64,000 nt of DNA, from positions 3,680 through 67,679 of the forward strand of contig CAJXCD010000006.1 of the NCBI GenBank assembly GCA_913051545.1. Reading direction: 5' to 3'. A program made the position numbers and the translations under genes. The notes below the pieces were generated by a model. It searched no databases and was not told the DNA's origin. It was given only the letters and a program-made list of their open reading frames with translations. The DNA comes from an uncultured Chloroflexota bacterium. Its GTDB lineage: Bacteria; Chloroflexota; Dehalococcoidia; Lucifugimonadales; CAJXCD01. Shown here piece by piece: positions 39,059-47,768 of this stretch; the first letter of the stretch is position 1, and each line of letters starts with the position of its first letter.

Positions 39059-40018
39059 TTAGTTGGAGGAATCAAAGCTTTTACCGTTCCATCTTATTGC
39101 CAGATCGTATAATTCGATATTCTTGATCGGTTTCCCATCTCCAATTTGAATAGAATTACATATCAGAATTCCACCCTCAGCTGCAATTGCTAGTCCCGTT
39201 GTAGGATTGGATCCATGGGTCCGATAGGGTCCTATTATTGCGCCGGGTTTATGGCGTGTATCCTTTCCTGTTTCAAGGATGCCAACATTCCACAGAAAAA
39301 TTTTTTCACCTTCCATCTTTGTGAATGCTCCAGGGAAAGGTGAAGTGACACCTCTTACCAAATTATAGATATCTTGGATAGGAGTAGACCAGTTTATAAA
39401 TCCATCTTCCGGCTTACGTGTTGGCCAGTAGCTTGATGATGAGTGATCTTGCGGTAATTTAGGTAAAGTCCCTTTTTTTAGTTTGGGTAGCATTTCTTTT
39501 ACGAGGTCGCAAGATATTTCCCCGACTCTATCTACTAAGGTTTGGGCATCGTCAAATTTAGATACAGGGAACGTTCTTTGAGATACGATGTCACCTTCGT
39601 CGGCTCCTGAAGTCAGCCAAAAGAGAGTGACTGCCCCCTCCGTTTTCCCTTTGATTAATGTCCATGGTATGGGAGCTCTCCCACGTCCTTCAGGCAGTTT
39701 GGTCATATGCAGACCTAAGGTTCCATATCTGGGCAACGAATATATGGATTTGTTTACTAATTGGCTCCATCCGAACACCATCATCCAATCAGGATCCGCA
39801 TTTTTTACAATTCTTTCCACTTTTGGACTATTAATGTCTGTAGTTTCTGTAAGAGGGAAATGGTATTCATTGGCAAGATGATCGAAAGAACAGTAGTTAC
39901 TGCGATAATGTTGAGAAGGTGGGTATCCGAAGACATGACAAGGTATTTCATTGGAGTCGCAGAGTGTTTCTAATATTTTTGCACTGATTGTCATACCGCC
40001 TACATATACTATTTTCAT
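39059..40018 (-). CDS. formyltransferase (Fmt/ArnA-N-like), probable sugar N-formyltransferase
   Basis: 319 aa. 'LGLHMTKLPEGRGRAPIPW' is a variant of H-x-S-L-LP-x-x-RG. The N- and C-terminal formyltransferase domain layout is present. There is an ATGA overlap with the sulfotransferase gene. Confidence 0.8.
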   Translation of the reverse strand: MKIVYVGGMTISAKILETLCDSNEIPCHVFGYPPSQHYRSNYCSFDHLANEYHFPLTETTDINSPKVERIVKNADPDWMMVFGWSQLVNKSIYSLPRYGTLGLHMTKLPEGRGRAPIPWTLIKGKTEGAVTLFWLTSGADEGDIVSQRTFPVSKFDDAQTLVDRVGEISCDLVKEMLPKLKKGTLPKLPQDHSSSSYWPTRKPEDGFINWSTPIQDIYNLVRGVTSPFPGAFTKMEGEKIFLWNVGILETGKDTRHKPGAIIGPYRTHGSNPTTGLAIAAEGGILICNSIQIGDGKPIKNIELYDLAIRWNGKSFDSSN

Positions 40019-41244
40019 TTGGAAGCTAGCTCTCTATTAGAGATAGATACGGATTGTCTTATTACTTCGAAAAAGTCAGTGTCCAGAAAAAATGCTTTCT
40101 GAATCGAATCGGGTACTGGTTGAGATGAGTGAAGAATGGAAGAGCGCAACAATTCCAAAGAGATGTCGCTGACTTTTGACTCGCCATTAACTTGTGAATA
40201 CGGTCTTATCCAGGTAGCAAGGTCTTTTACATCCACTTCTGGTGAGTCAAACATTAGGCTTAGGGGTACTCTAGAAGTGGATGCTATGTCTGGTTGATAG
40301 CCAAATATTTCCATTTCGGGATAGCATAAATGTTCGATGAACTGTATTTCAGGACTCGTCAGCGCATTTTTCCACCTATCGATCGAATCTAGGTTGAAAG
40401 AGCGTGTAGCTTGAAAATTTTGGTAAGATGAATTCTGACTCCATTTACTTCCGGTCCCATCTACAAAAGTATTTGGATCTATCATTGATGGATCGAAGTT
40501 CATATTCAAGAAATCACAAACCTTTTTTGCTTCCATTTCCGGGTCTGAAACTAATTGCTCATATTTAAGTAATAGAACTCTGTCAGATGTGTTTGGGGAT
40601 TTATACACGCTTTGCCACGCTAGTGTGGCTAATTTTCTCCATTGCCGAATTAGAAATAACCATGGATATTTTTCTTGTACACTTTGTTGACTGTTCTTTG
40701 AAGCGCAGATTGCTCGTGGGTCTCTCATTACGTGGATAACCTTTGCTTCCGGGAAACTTTCAAGAATGTGATTGGCGAATTCTCCAGCCCATGTAACTTT
40801 GAAGCCAACAGTGTGTGAGGTGGTCTGTCCATAGGCTTTTTGAACAATATCGAATCCGGAATCTATCAATTCCACGTAGTTGCAGCCATTTAGCTGGTCC
40901 AAAAACGGTTCTATTTTGGGTGATATGGGACGTAAGAAATGAGCGATTCGTTTTCTGAGGTTAGGCATTTCCGACTGGTCTTTAGTTAAATCAAACGATG
41001 TTTGCTGAATGGCCTTTAGAACAGATTGTTTTTCAGGGTAGTAGTAGTAATCGTCTAAAGGGGCTTCAGGGTCGACGGTATAGCCTGGTACGAGATTAGA
41101 AGCTACGTCATTACGAAACTCTTTAAACAAGGGTATGTATGGATCCACTGCACAGCACGCTTTAGAGTGGGCCTGAAGCATTCTGGCCAAGAGGGTAGTA
41201 CCAGAACGGAACATACCAGTTATGAAGACGGGTTGATAAGTCAT
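40015..41244 (-). CDS. PAPS-dependent sulfotransferase family protein
   Basis: 409 aa. 'FITGMFRSGTTLLARML' is the 5'-PSB loop and 'VIHVMRDPRAICASK' is a 3'-PB-like motif. Confidence 0.8.
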   Translation of the reverse strand: MTYQPVFITGMFRSGTTLLARMLQAHSKACCAVDPYIPLFKEFRNDVASNLVPGYTVDPEAPLDDYYYYPEKQSVLKAIQQTSFDLTKDQSEMPNLRKRIAHFLRPISPKIEPFLDQLNGCNYVELIDSGFDIVQKAYGQTTSHTVGFKVTWAGEFANHILESFPEAKVIHVMRDPRAICASKNSQQSVQEKYPWLFLIRQWRKLATLAWQSVYKSPNTSDRVLLLKYEQLVSDPEMEAKKVCDFLNMNFDPSMIDPNTFVDGTGSKWSQNSSYQNFQATRSFNLDSIDRWKNALTSPEIQFIEHLCYPEMEIFGYQPDIASTSRVPLSLMFDSPEVDVKDLATWIRPYSQVNGESKVSDISLELLRSSILHSSQPVPDSIQKAFFLDTDFFEVIRQSVSISNRELASK

Positions 41245-41349
41245 AGTCTAGGGATCTATTCCTCACATAGGTATATATGTTCTATCCAGCAGTTCAGTAC
41301 TTATATGGATAGTGAACAGAATTCATATATACTTAGAATTCGGGATTTT

Positions 41350-42417
41350 CTACTCGTTGTATCGCAGAAACATATCCCAAGATAAAGGTTCGTCATCTTC
41401 TATATCACGTATAGCAGTAGCACCTATTACTACATCCATTAGTTCTGTAGGTATTCCTGTGCCAGGTCTTTTCACTGCGATCTTTTCCTCGGTAACCAAC
41501 TCACCAGCATTTATTGGCGTAGCGGCGCATAGACTGCGTCTTCCAACGTCTTTCATTGCCTGCTCAGCAGGTGTACTAATTTTTCTTGGACTACCTAGTA
41601 CCATTTCTATGAAATCTCTTGCTTGTACGAGTGAATCGAGCTGGTCTGGAGTAAGCGAGAAGTGATGGTCAGGCCCTGGTAGGCTCTGGTCGACAGTGAT
41701 GTGTTTTTCTATCATGTTTGCCCCGATAGAAATAGCAACTTTGGACACGTCAATGCCAGGGGTGTGATCTGAGAACCCCACTGGACGTCCAAAAGCCGCC
41801 TTCATTGTCGGTATAGCTTTCAAGTTTACATCTTTAGGGTCAGTAGGGTAATTTGAGACACAATGGAGAAGAATGATTTGGTCGTTTCCTGTTTCCGTTA
41901 TTGTATTTATTGCTTTCTCAATATCACCCAGAGTCGACATTCCAGTGGACAGCACAATAGGCTTGCCTGTCTCACCCACACGCCTTATTAGTGGGAAATG
42001 GGTCATTTCGAACGATGCTATCTTGAAAACAGGAACATCAAATTCTTCCAGTATTCCTACATCTTCTATTCCAAATGGAGTCGACATAAAAGGGATCCCG
42101 ACTTCATGACAATATTCAACTACGGCTGGTTGAATTTCATACGGGAATTCTGTGGCTTGTATAAGGTCGAACATTGTTGCATCGTCGCCCACTTCCATAC
42201 GAGAACGGAAATGTTCCATCATAGGAGTTTTTTTTGAGTACATCTGCTCTGCTTCGTAGGATTGGAATTTCACAGAGTCTGCATTTGCATGAACTGCCAT
42301 GTCCACAAGTTGCTTCGCAAGATCCAATTGTTGGTTGTGATTACATCCCGCTTCAGCAATTATAAAACTAGGATTGCCGTCACCCACTACTCGCTGGCCT
42401 ATGCTAACGGTTTTCAT
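41350..42417 (-). CDS. NeuB-family synthase (module 3; PseI-like by context), with SAF-like C-terminus
   Basis: 355 aa. Contains 'PSFIIAEAGCNHNQQLDLAKQLVDMAVHANADSVKFQSY'. Confidence 0.9.
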   Translation of the reverse strand: MKTVSIGQRVVGDGNPSFIIAEAGCNHNQQLDLAKQLVDMAVHANADSVKFQSYEAEQMYSKKTPMMEHFRSRMEVGDDATMFDLIQATEFPYEIQPAVVEYCHEVGIPFMSTPFGIEDVGILEEFDVPVFKIASFEMTHFPLIRRVGETGKPIVLSTGMSTLGDIEKAINTITETGNDQIILLHCVSNYPTDPKDVNLKAIPTMKAAFGRPVGFSDHTPGIDVSKVAISIGANMIEKHITVDQSLPGPDHHFSLTPDQLDSLVQARDFIEMVLGSPRKISTPAEQAMKDVGRRSLCAATPINAGELVTEEKIAVKRPGTGIPTELMDVVIGATAIRDIEDDEPLSWDMFLRYNE

Positions 42418-42437
42418 TATATCCTCCTTGAAATTTG

Positions 42438-43175
42438 TTAGGATTGTAAATCATCCCAAGCCTGAATTAGTTCTCCCAGAGAGAACATGTCATCGTTAGT
42501 AGACAATTTTCCATACAACTTTTCCATCGTATGGAAGGACTCAGGAGTGTCTACAGAGATGTTGATATCCGGTCTATCTAATCCACTTGGTGCTTTGATA
42601 GTGCCTACTCTATATTTATCCCTATTATCATAAGCATAAAAATATATGTGCTCACGATACTTGTGGCGTGAGTCTGCACCAAGGGTGTCAGAATCAAGTC
42701 GAAGTAGACATTCTCCTGTAGAAACCTCAGCACCAGCCCCAAAAGGGTATGAGTTGTTTAGAAATGGAGAGCAGACGTCTAGCCTATCACTCTCGAGTTT
42801 TTTGATCGTGTGGCGGATAACTTCAGGGTCTATTGCCATGTTGTCAGCATTCACTCTGACTACGATGTCAGCCGAGTCATACTGCAACACTTCTATAAAA
42901 CGAGAAAGCACATCATCTTCACTGCCACGGTGAAATGCCCACGAATACTTTTCTGATAGGTCAGATAGCACGTCATTCTCCGTGTTCACAGATGTAGCGA
43001 GGTAAACTTCGTCTAATGTGTTGCATGCCTGTATTCTTCTCATAACCTGTACTATTGAAGGATATCCGTTTAATGGCAACAGGACTTTCCCTGGGAGTCT
43101 TGTAGAACCCATCCTAGCTTGCACTATTGCAATTACTCTAGCCAAAAACCTTTTTCCCAGTTCGTTGAAATTCAC
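42438..43175 (-). CDS. SpsF/PseF-type cytidylyltransferase (CTP_transf_3-like)
   Basis: 245 aa. Contains 'VIAIVQARMGSTRLPGKVLLPL'. The listed start is GTG; a downstream TTG is also possible. Confidence 0.8.
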   Translation of the reverse strand: MNFNELGKRFLARVIAIVQARMGSTRLPGKVLLPLNGYPSIVQVMRRIQACNTLDEVYLATSVNTENDVLSDLSEKYSWAFHRGSEDDVLSRFIEVLQYDSADIVVRVNADNMAIDPEVIRHTIKKLESDRLDVCSPFLNNSYPFGAGAEVSTGECLLRLDSDTLGADSRHKYREHIYFYAYDNRDKYRVGTIKAPSGLDRPDINISVDTPESFHTMEKLYGKLSTNDDMFSLGELIQAWDDLQS

Positions 43176-43177
43176 AG

Positions 43178-43918
43178 TTAGGTTCCATAGTTTACATGAC
43201 TTTCCCAGTCAGGGTTTCTTCCTTTGAGGACTGTATTCAAGGTATTTGGTCCTTCATGGAATATCAGATCTATTATAGATAGGTAAGGAGTGAATTCACG
43301 GTTTGCCACGTCATATGTGGGGTGGGTATAGTTTTGGAATACAAATGAAACATTTCGACTATGGAATTTCGACGGATCAATATATCCCTTCGATCCATTG
43401 TTAGCTAGGTAAGTTGTGGCGTCCAACCTGGCACAAATTTCAGCCAGCTTATCATCTCGTTCAAATCCAACATTCAAATCCGAGCTTAATATAAGATTGT
43501 CTGACATTCCAAGTTTTTTATATATCCATTTTATAAGAGTAAGATTTAATTCCACTAGGTAGGTCCAATGGCTTTCTAGAATTTCGGTCAATTCGTCACG
43601 GTAATGCTGAAACCAAGGTGACTGACGGTAAACGTGGTCAATAGATTTAATAATGCGTGATTGCCATGGTGTGTCGTAACTGATTTCGACTTGATTGATC
43701 TTCACTTGCTGGGACGATTTTTTGGTAGGTATACTAAGCCACATCCACCCTCGGTCTGAAGAATCTGGTATTCGATTTCTGTTGACCCATTCCCGTCGAG
43801 GAAATTGGACGTCGTCAAGCATTACATACACATCGGATCTGTGTCCCATCTCTAAGTATCCGAGCCAGGGCAGAAAATTCGGTTGGCAAATTGCAACAAT
43901 TTTCTGGGATGTTTTCAA
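43178..43918 (-). CDS. WbqC-like family protein (function unknown)
   Basis: 'IVAICQPNFLPWLGYLEM' is the typical WbqC opening. I prefer TTG 43918, which forms a TTGA overlap with the radical-SAM stop, over the listed 43984 and over ATG 43960. Confidence 0.65.
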   Translation of the reverse strand: MKTSQKIVAICQPNFLPWLGYLEMGHRSDVYVMLDDVQFPRREWVNRNRIPDSSDRGWMWLSIPTKKSSQQVKINQVEISYDTPWQSRIIKSIDHVYRQSPWFQHYRDELTEILESHWTYLVELNLTLIKWIYKKLGMSDNLILSSDLNVGFERDDKLAEICARLDATTYLANNGSKGYIDPSKFHSRNVSFVFQNYTHPTYDVANREFTPYLSIIDLIFHEGPNTLNTVLKGRNPDWESHVNYGT

Positions 43919-45516
43919 TCTCCCATACTGGCAACAACTTTTTCGTAGCCCATCTTCCATGGAGTTCCTGCCCAGTCTTTGCAACTTTTACACACTCTTT
44001 CATCCGGAATTTCGTCGTTTAGGTGTTCCATCCTGTTCATCCAGTAGTGGTGGCTGTGCCATGCATTGTGCACAGAAGTTTGATCCATAGATCTGTAAGC
44101 GGTTTTCTGCTGCCAGTCGATTGGACATGCTTTTAGAACGCCTTGATGGTTTATAACGACCCGTCGGAAGAAATGTACGCAGGGCCACCTGTGATCCCAG
44201 CCTGCAAATTCACTTTCCGAAGTTGCCACAAGTCCTACGTTCGAAATCATTTCTCGGATTAACACTTCATCTACAATGGGTGTCCAATAATTTACAAAAT
44301 CATCCAGTTCATGAATATTGGCACCTTGTTTTACGAAGCTGACCATAATTTTTGTTGATGCACCCAGTTCATCACGAATTTTTATGAATTCGTGAACACT
44401 TCCAACCACCTTGTCCCACTTTAGCCCTGTTCTAACAACCTCGAATGTTTCTGGAGTAGATGCATCAAGGGAGAAGTCTACCATGAATAACCCGGCCTCT
44501 ATGAGCTTGCGTATCCTGTCTGGTTTAAGTAGTGAGCCATTCGTTGTAAGCCCAACCGGTCCTACACCTTTTTCTTTCGCATACTTAACCATATCTACGA
44601 GCTGCTTATGTACTAGAGGTTCTCCGTCTGCAGTAATACGGACAAATTGTATTTTGTGTTCTGAGCACTCATCTATGACTTGTTTATATGTCTCCATGCT
44701 AAGGTGCCCTCGTTCTGATAGGAAATCTGGCTTTCCTCCGTTAAGGTTTGTTAGAGATTGAGGGCAATGGATACACTTGGCATTACATATATTGATGATA
44801 TCGAACATTATGTAGGTTGGGAACTCTGCACACTCTGGAGATTCAAACCCGTACGCTGCAGGCATTTTCCTTTCATCGACTCGTAGAGCTGTAACATCAG
44901 GTTGGTAAAGGGGAGCATCTTCTCCTGCTTTTTTAGCAATGGACAAGAATCCACCCAAACCCCATTTGGTCTTACCATTGCTGTTTTCAACCAGTAGACG
45001 AAGTGAAGGTGAATCCCTGCTGTCCAGAAGAGTGTCCTCATAAGGCGTTTGATGAACCATGTCGTAATGAAACTTGAATTCTGAGGGATTGGATTGGATA
45101 TGATTTATACAATCCTTCGGTGAGTTAAACACTTCCTGTTCTAATACCCTTGTGGAAATTGCTCTCACTCCAATTCCAACTGGTAGCCGGCAGTGTTCCC
45201 ATTGGGTAAAGTAGTCTATTTTTTGTGGACGGAAAGATTTCAGACCTTCGGATACGATTTGTTGGTCTAAAAAGATCTGGTTACTATCCACCAATACCAG
45301 AGAGTCTGCTTCCACTGATTCTGCAAATTGAACTAGTGCGTTGAAGTCATCAAATCGTTTTGTTTCAGCATGTGTGTGGATACTATTTGGATCCCACACC
45401 ACCGATTCAAAACATATCTCACTTAGTTTTTCCAGAAAGCGACTTTTCTCCCACAGGTGCGTAACGCTAATATCGGAGCCACTCATGTCTAGAACTAGAA
45501 GGTTTTTGTCTGTCAC
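43915..45516 (-). CDS. radical SAM protein with ~230-aa N-terminal extra domain and Cys-rich (SPASM/twitch-like) C-terminus
   Basis: 533 aa. CX3CX2C 'CNAKCIHC' lies at aa 244-251. The C-terminus reads 'CVHFF...CPIDW...CKSCKDW'. The GTG start is preceded by AGAGGTGA. Confidence 0.8.
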   Translation of the reverse strand: MTDKNLLVLDMSGSDISVTHLWEKSRFLEKLSEICFESVVWDPNSIHTHAETKRFDDFNALVQFAESVEADSLVLVDSNQIFLDQQIVSEGLKSFRPQKIDYFTQWEHCRLPVGIGVRAISTRVLEQEVFNSPKDCINHIQSNPSEFKFHYDMVHQTPYEDTLLDSRDSPSLRLLVENSNGKTKWGLGGFLSIAKKAGEDAPLYQPDVTALRVDERKMPAAYGFESPECAEFPTYIMFDIINICNAKCIHCPQSLTNLNGGKPDFLSERGHLSMETYKQVIDECSEHKIQFVRITADGEPLVHKQLVDMVKYAKEKGVGPVGLTTNGSLLKPDRIRKLIEAGLFMVDFSLDASTPETFEVVRTGLKWDKVVGSVHEFIKIRDELGASTKIMVSFVKQGANIHELDDFVNYWTPIVDEVLIREMISNVGLVATSESEFAGWDHRWPCVHFFRRVVINHQGVLKACPIDWQQKTAYRSMDQTSVHNAWHSHHYWMNRMEHLNDEIPDERVCKSCKDWAGTPWKMGYEKVVASMGD

Positions 45517-45555
45517 AAGTCACCTCTCATAATTTCCTCGTTATATTAGTGTATT

Positions 45556-46494
45556 TTACAAAGGGTCAAAATGACTGTCAGGGATTTCGCCTGATTTTGC
45601 CACTAGCATCAATCCCTCTTCTAGATTGATTTTTGGAGTATATCCTAGAGTTTCATTTGCTTTGGAAATATCTGGAATCCTCGTCCATATTTCCCTTCCT
45701 GACTTCCGAGTAGAAGCAGATAAGGGTACGAATTCAGGTTGGATACCATTTCCTAACAGCGATGTTACTTTATTCGCAAGGTCAGACATGGATATTTTAG
45801 ACTCTGGGTTCCCTATGTTGAATGTATGGTTTGAGATGTCATCGTCAAGAAGAGAAGCTATTGCTGAAACTCCATCAGCTACATAACAAAATGCCCTAAT
45901 CTGACTACCATCTCCGTACACGACGGGTGATTGTCCTCTTTGTACAGAAGCAATAAATCGTGGGATTACAAATTCAGATGTTTGACCCGGACCATACATA
46001 TTGAACAGACGAACTATATTCCAGTCAATATTGTATCTTTGGGCGTAAGCTTTGAGATATTCCTCTGCAGTGATTTTTGAAATACCATATACGGACCGAG
46101 GGTTCAGTGGAGAGTCTTCTCTTATAGGTACCATTACAGGTTCTCCGTATACCTCTGAAGATGACGCTAGAACCACTTTTTTAACCTGCTCTCTGACACA
46201 TGCCTCCAGCAAATTTATAGTTCCTTGAACATTTACATTGAGGCACTGGAGAGGTGATGATTCAGTACGTTTTACACCTAACATGGCAGCTAGATGAATT
46301 ACATAATCGCAGTCTTGGACAGAATTCATCAGGTCATTAGTGTCCAGAATACTGCCAGATATGCACTCTATGTTATTGGCATCAGCCATGTTGAGGTCTA
46401 ACGCCCGAACTTGTAAGTCAGGTCGGACTTCAGTTATATGACGAACCATGGATCTTCCGACAAATCCTGCTGCGCCTGTTATTAATACTCGCAT
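45556..46494 (-). CDS. NAD-dependent epimerase/dehydratase (extended SDR)
   Basis: 312 aa. Contains 'VLITGAAGFVG', 'ASSSEVYG' and 'YGISK'. Confidence 0.85.
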   Translation of the reverse strand: MRVLITGAAGFVGRSMVRHITEVRPDLQVRALDLNMADANNIECISGSILDTNDLMNSVQDCDYVIHLAAMLGVKRTESSPLQCLNVNVQGTINLLEACVREQVKKVVLASSSEVYGEPVMVPIREDSPLNPRSVYGISKITAEEYLKAYAQRYNIDWNIVRLFNMYGPGQTSEFVIPRFIASVQRGQSPVVYGDGSQIRAFCYVADGVSAIASLLDDDISNHTFNIGNPESKISMSDLANKVTSLLGNGIQPEFVPLSASTRKSGREIWTRIPDISKANETLGYTPKINLEEGLMLVAKSGEIPDSHFDPL

Positions 46495-46498
46495 GGGT

Positions 46499-47698
46499 TT
46501 ATATGTCCCTGTATTTATGAATATAGTGTGAAGATACTTTCTCTATGGCTTTAATGACATCTTGCACGTCTTGATCTGTCATTTGCGGGAAAATTGGAAG
46601 AGTTAACAACCTGTCATATGCGTTTTCTGCATTTGGGAAATCCCCGGGTAGGTAGCCGAAACGATGCTTGTAGTAAGAATGCATGTGGACAGGTCGGTAG
46701 TGGACATTTACACCAATATTTTCCGCCCTCATATCCTTGTATATTTCCTTGCGACCAACACTCAATGTATTCAGATTCAATAGGATTGGATAGATATGCC
46801 AGCTTGGGTTATTCTCAGGCATGACTGTTATAGGTTCAAGGATATTTGATTTTTTGAATGACTTGTCATAAGACTGAGCAATTTCGCGCCTGCGTTTGAT
46901 GGAGTCATTCACCTTTGATAGCTGACGAAATCCCAATGCAGATTGAAAGTCGGAGAGTCGGTAGTTATATCCTAAATCAGACATGTCTGAAACCCACTCG
47001 CCAGCTTTATTACGTTGTCGGCTATTTGTGGACATCCCATGGTTTCGAAATCCACGTATACGTTTTGCCCATTCGTCATTGGAAGTTACTACCATCCCGC
47101 CTTCTCCCGTAGTTATATGTTTTACGGGGTGGAAGCTGTAACAGGCCAGATGACCTATGGTACCTGCCTGTTTTCCTTTGTAGGTAGAGCCCATCGCGTG
47201 ACAAGCGTCCTCTATCACGACGAGTTTATATTCTTCAGCAAGGCTCATAACTTGATCCATTTCGCAAGGTTGCCCAGCGTAGTGCATAACTATTATCCCT
47301 TTGGTTTTCGATGTAATTTTCTTTTCTATTTCCTTGGGAGAAATACACAGTGTGTTTGGATCAACATCAGCGAATACTGGAGATGCGCCTTGATAGAGTA
47401 TGCAATTTGCTGTTGCAGCGAAAGTGAGAGGGGAAGTGATTACCTCATCTCCTGATGTAAAGCCTGCAGCAAACGAAGCTGCATGCAGAGCAGCAGTTCC
47501 GGAGCTAACTGCTATGGCATATTCTACGTTGTTCCAGGCAGCAAAACTGGACTCAAATTTTTCAACTGTTGGGCCTGTTGTTAACCAATCGCCCCTGAGG
47601 ATATTACTAACTGTTTCAATATCTGTATCGTCCAAATGTTGTCTGCCATAGGGTAGAAATTTCTTTCTGACAGGTGTCCCGCCAAGTGAGGCTAACAA
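46499..47698 (-). CDS. pseC: DegT-family aminotransferase, PseC-like
   Basis: 399 aa. Contains 'FLPYGRQHLDDTDIETVSNILRGDWLTTGPTVEKFE ... AIAVSSGTAALH'. The TTG start has GGTGA upstream. Confidence 0.8.
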   Translation of the reverse strand: MLASLGGTPVRKKFLPYGRQHLDDTDIETVSNILRGDWLTTGPTVEKFESSFAAWNNVEYAIAVSSGTAALHAASFAAGFTSGDEVITSPLTFAATANCILYQGASPVFADVDPNTLCISPKEIEKKITSKTKGIIVMHYAGQPCEMDQVMSLAEEYKLVVIEDACHAMGSTYKGKQAGTIGHLACYSFHPVKHITTGEGGMVVTSNDEWAKRIRGFRNHGMSTNSRQRNKAGEWVSDMSDLGYNYRLSDFQSALGFRQLSKVNDSIKRRREIAQSYDKSFKKSNILEPITVMPENNPSWHIYPILLNLNTLSVGRKEIYKDMRAENIGVNVHYRPVHMHSYYKHRFGYLPGDFPNAENAYDRLLTLPIFPQMTDQDVQDVIKAIEKVSSHYIHKYRDI

Positions 47699-47768
47699 AT
47701 CGTCACCACTATAGGTAAATTTGATATTTTGTGTGCGTTATGGATATCTGCCAAGGGCTGCAACATTA

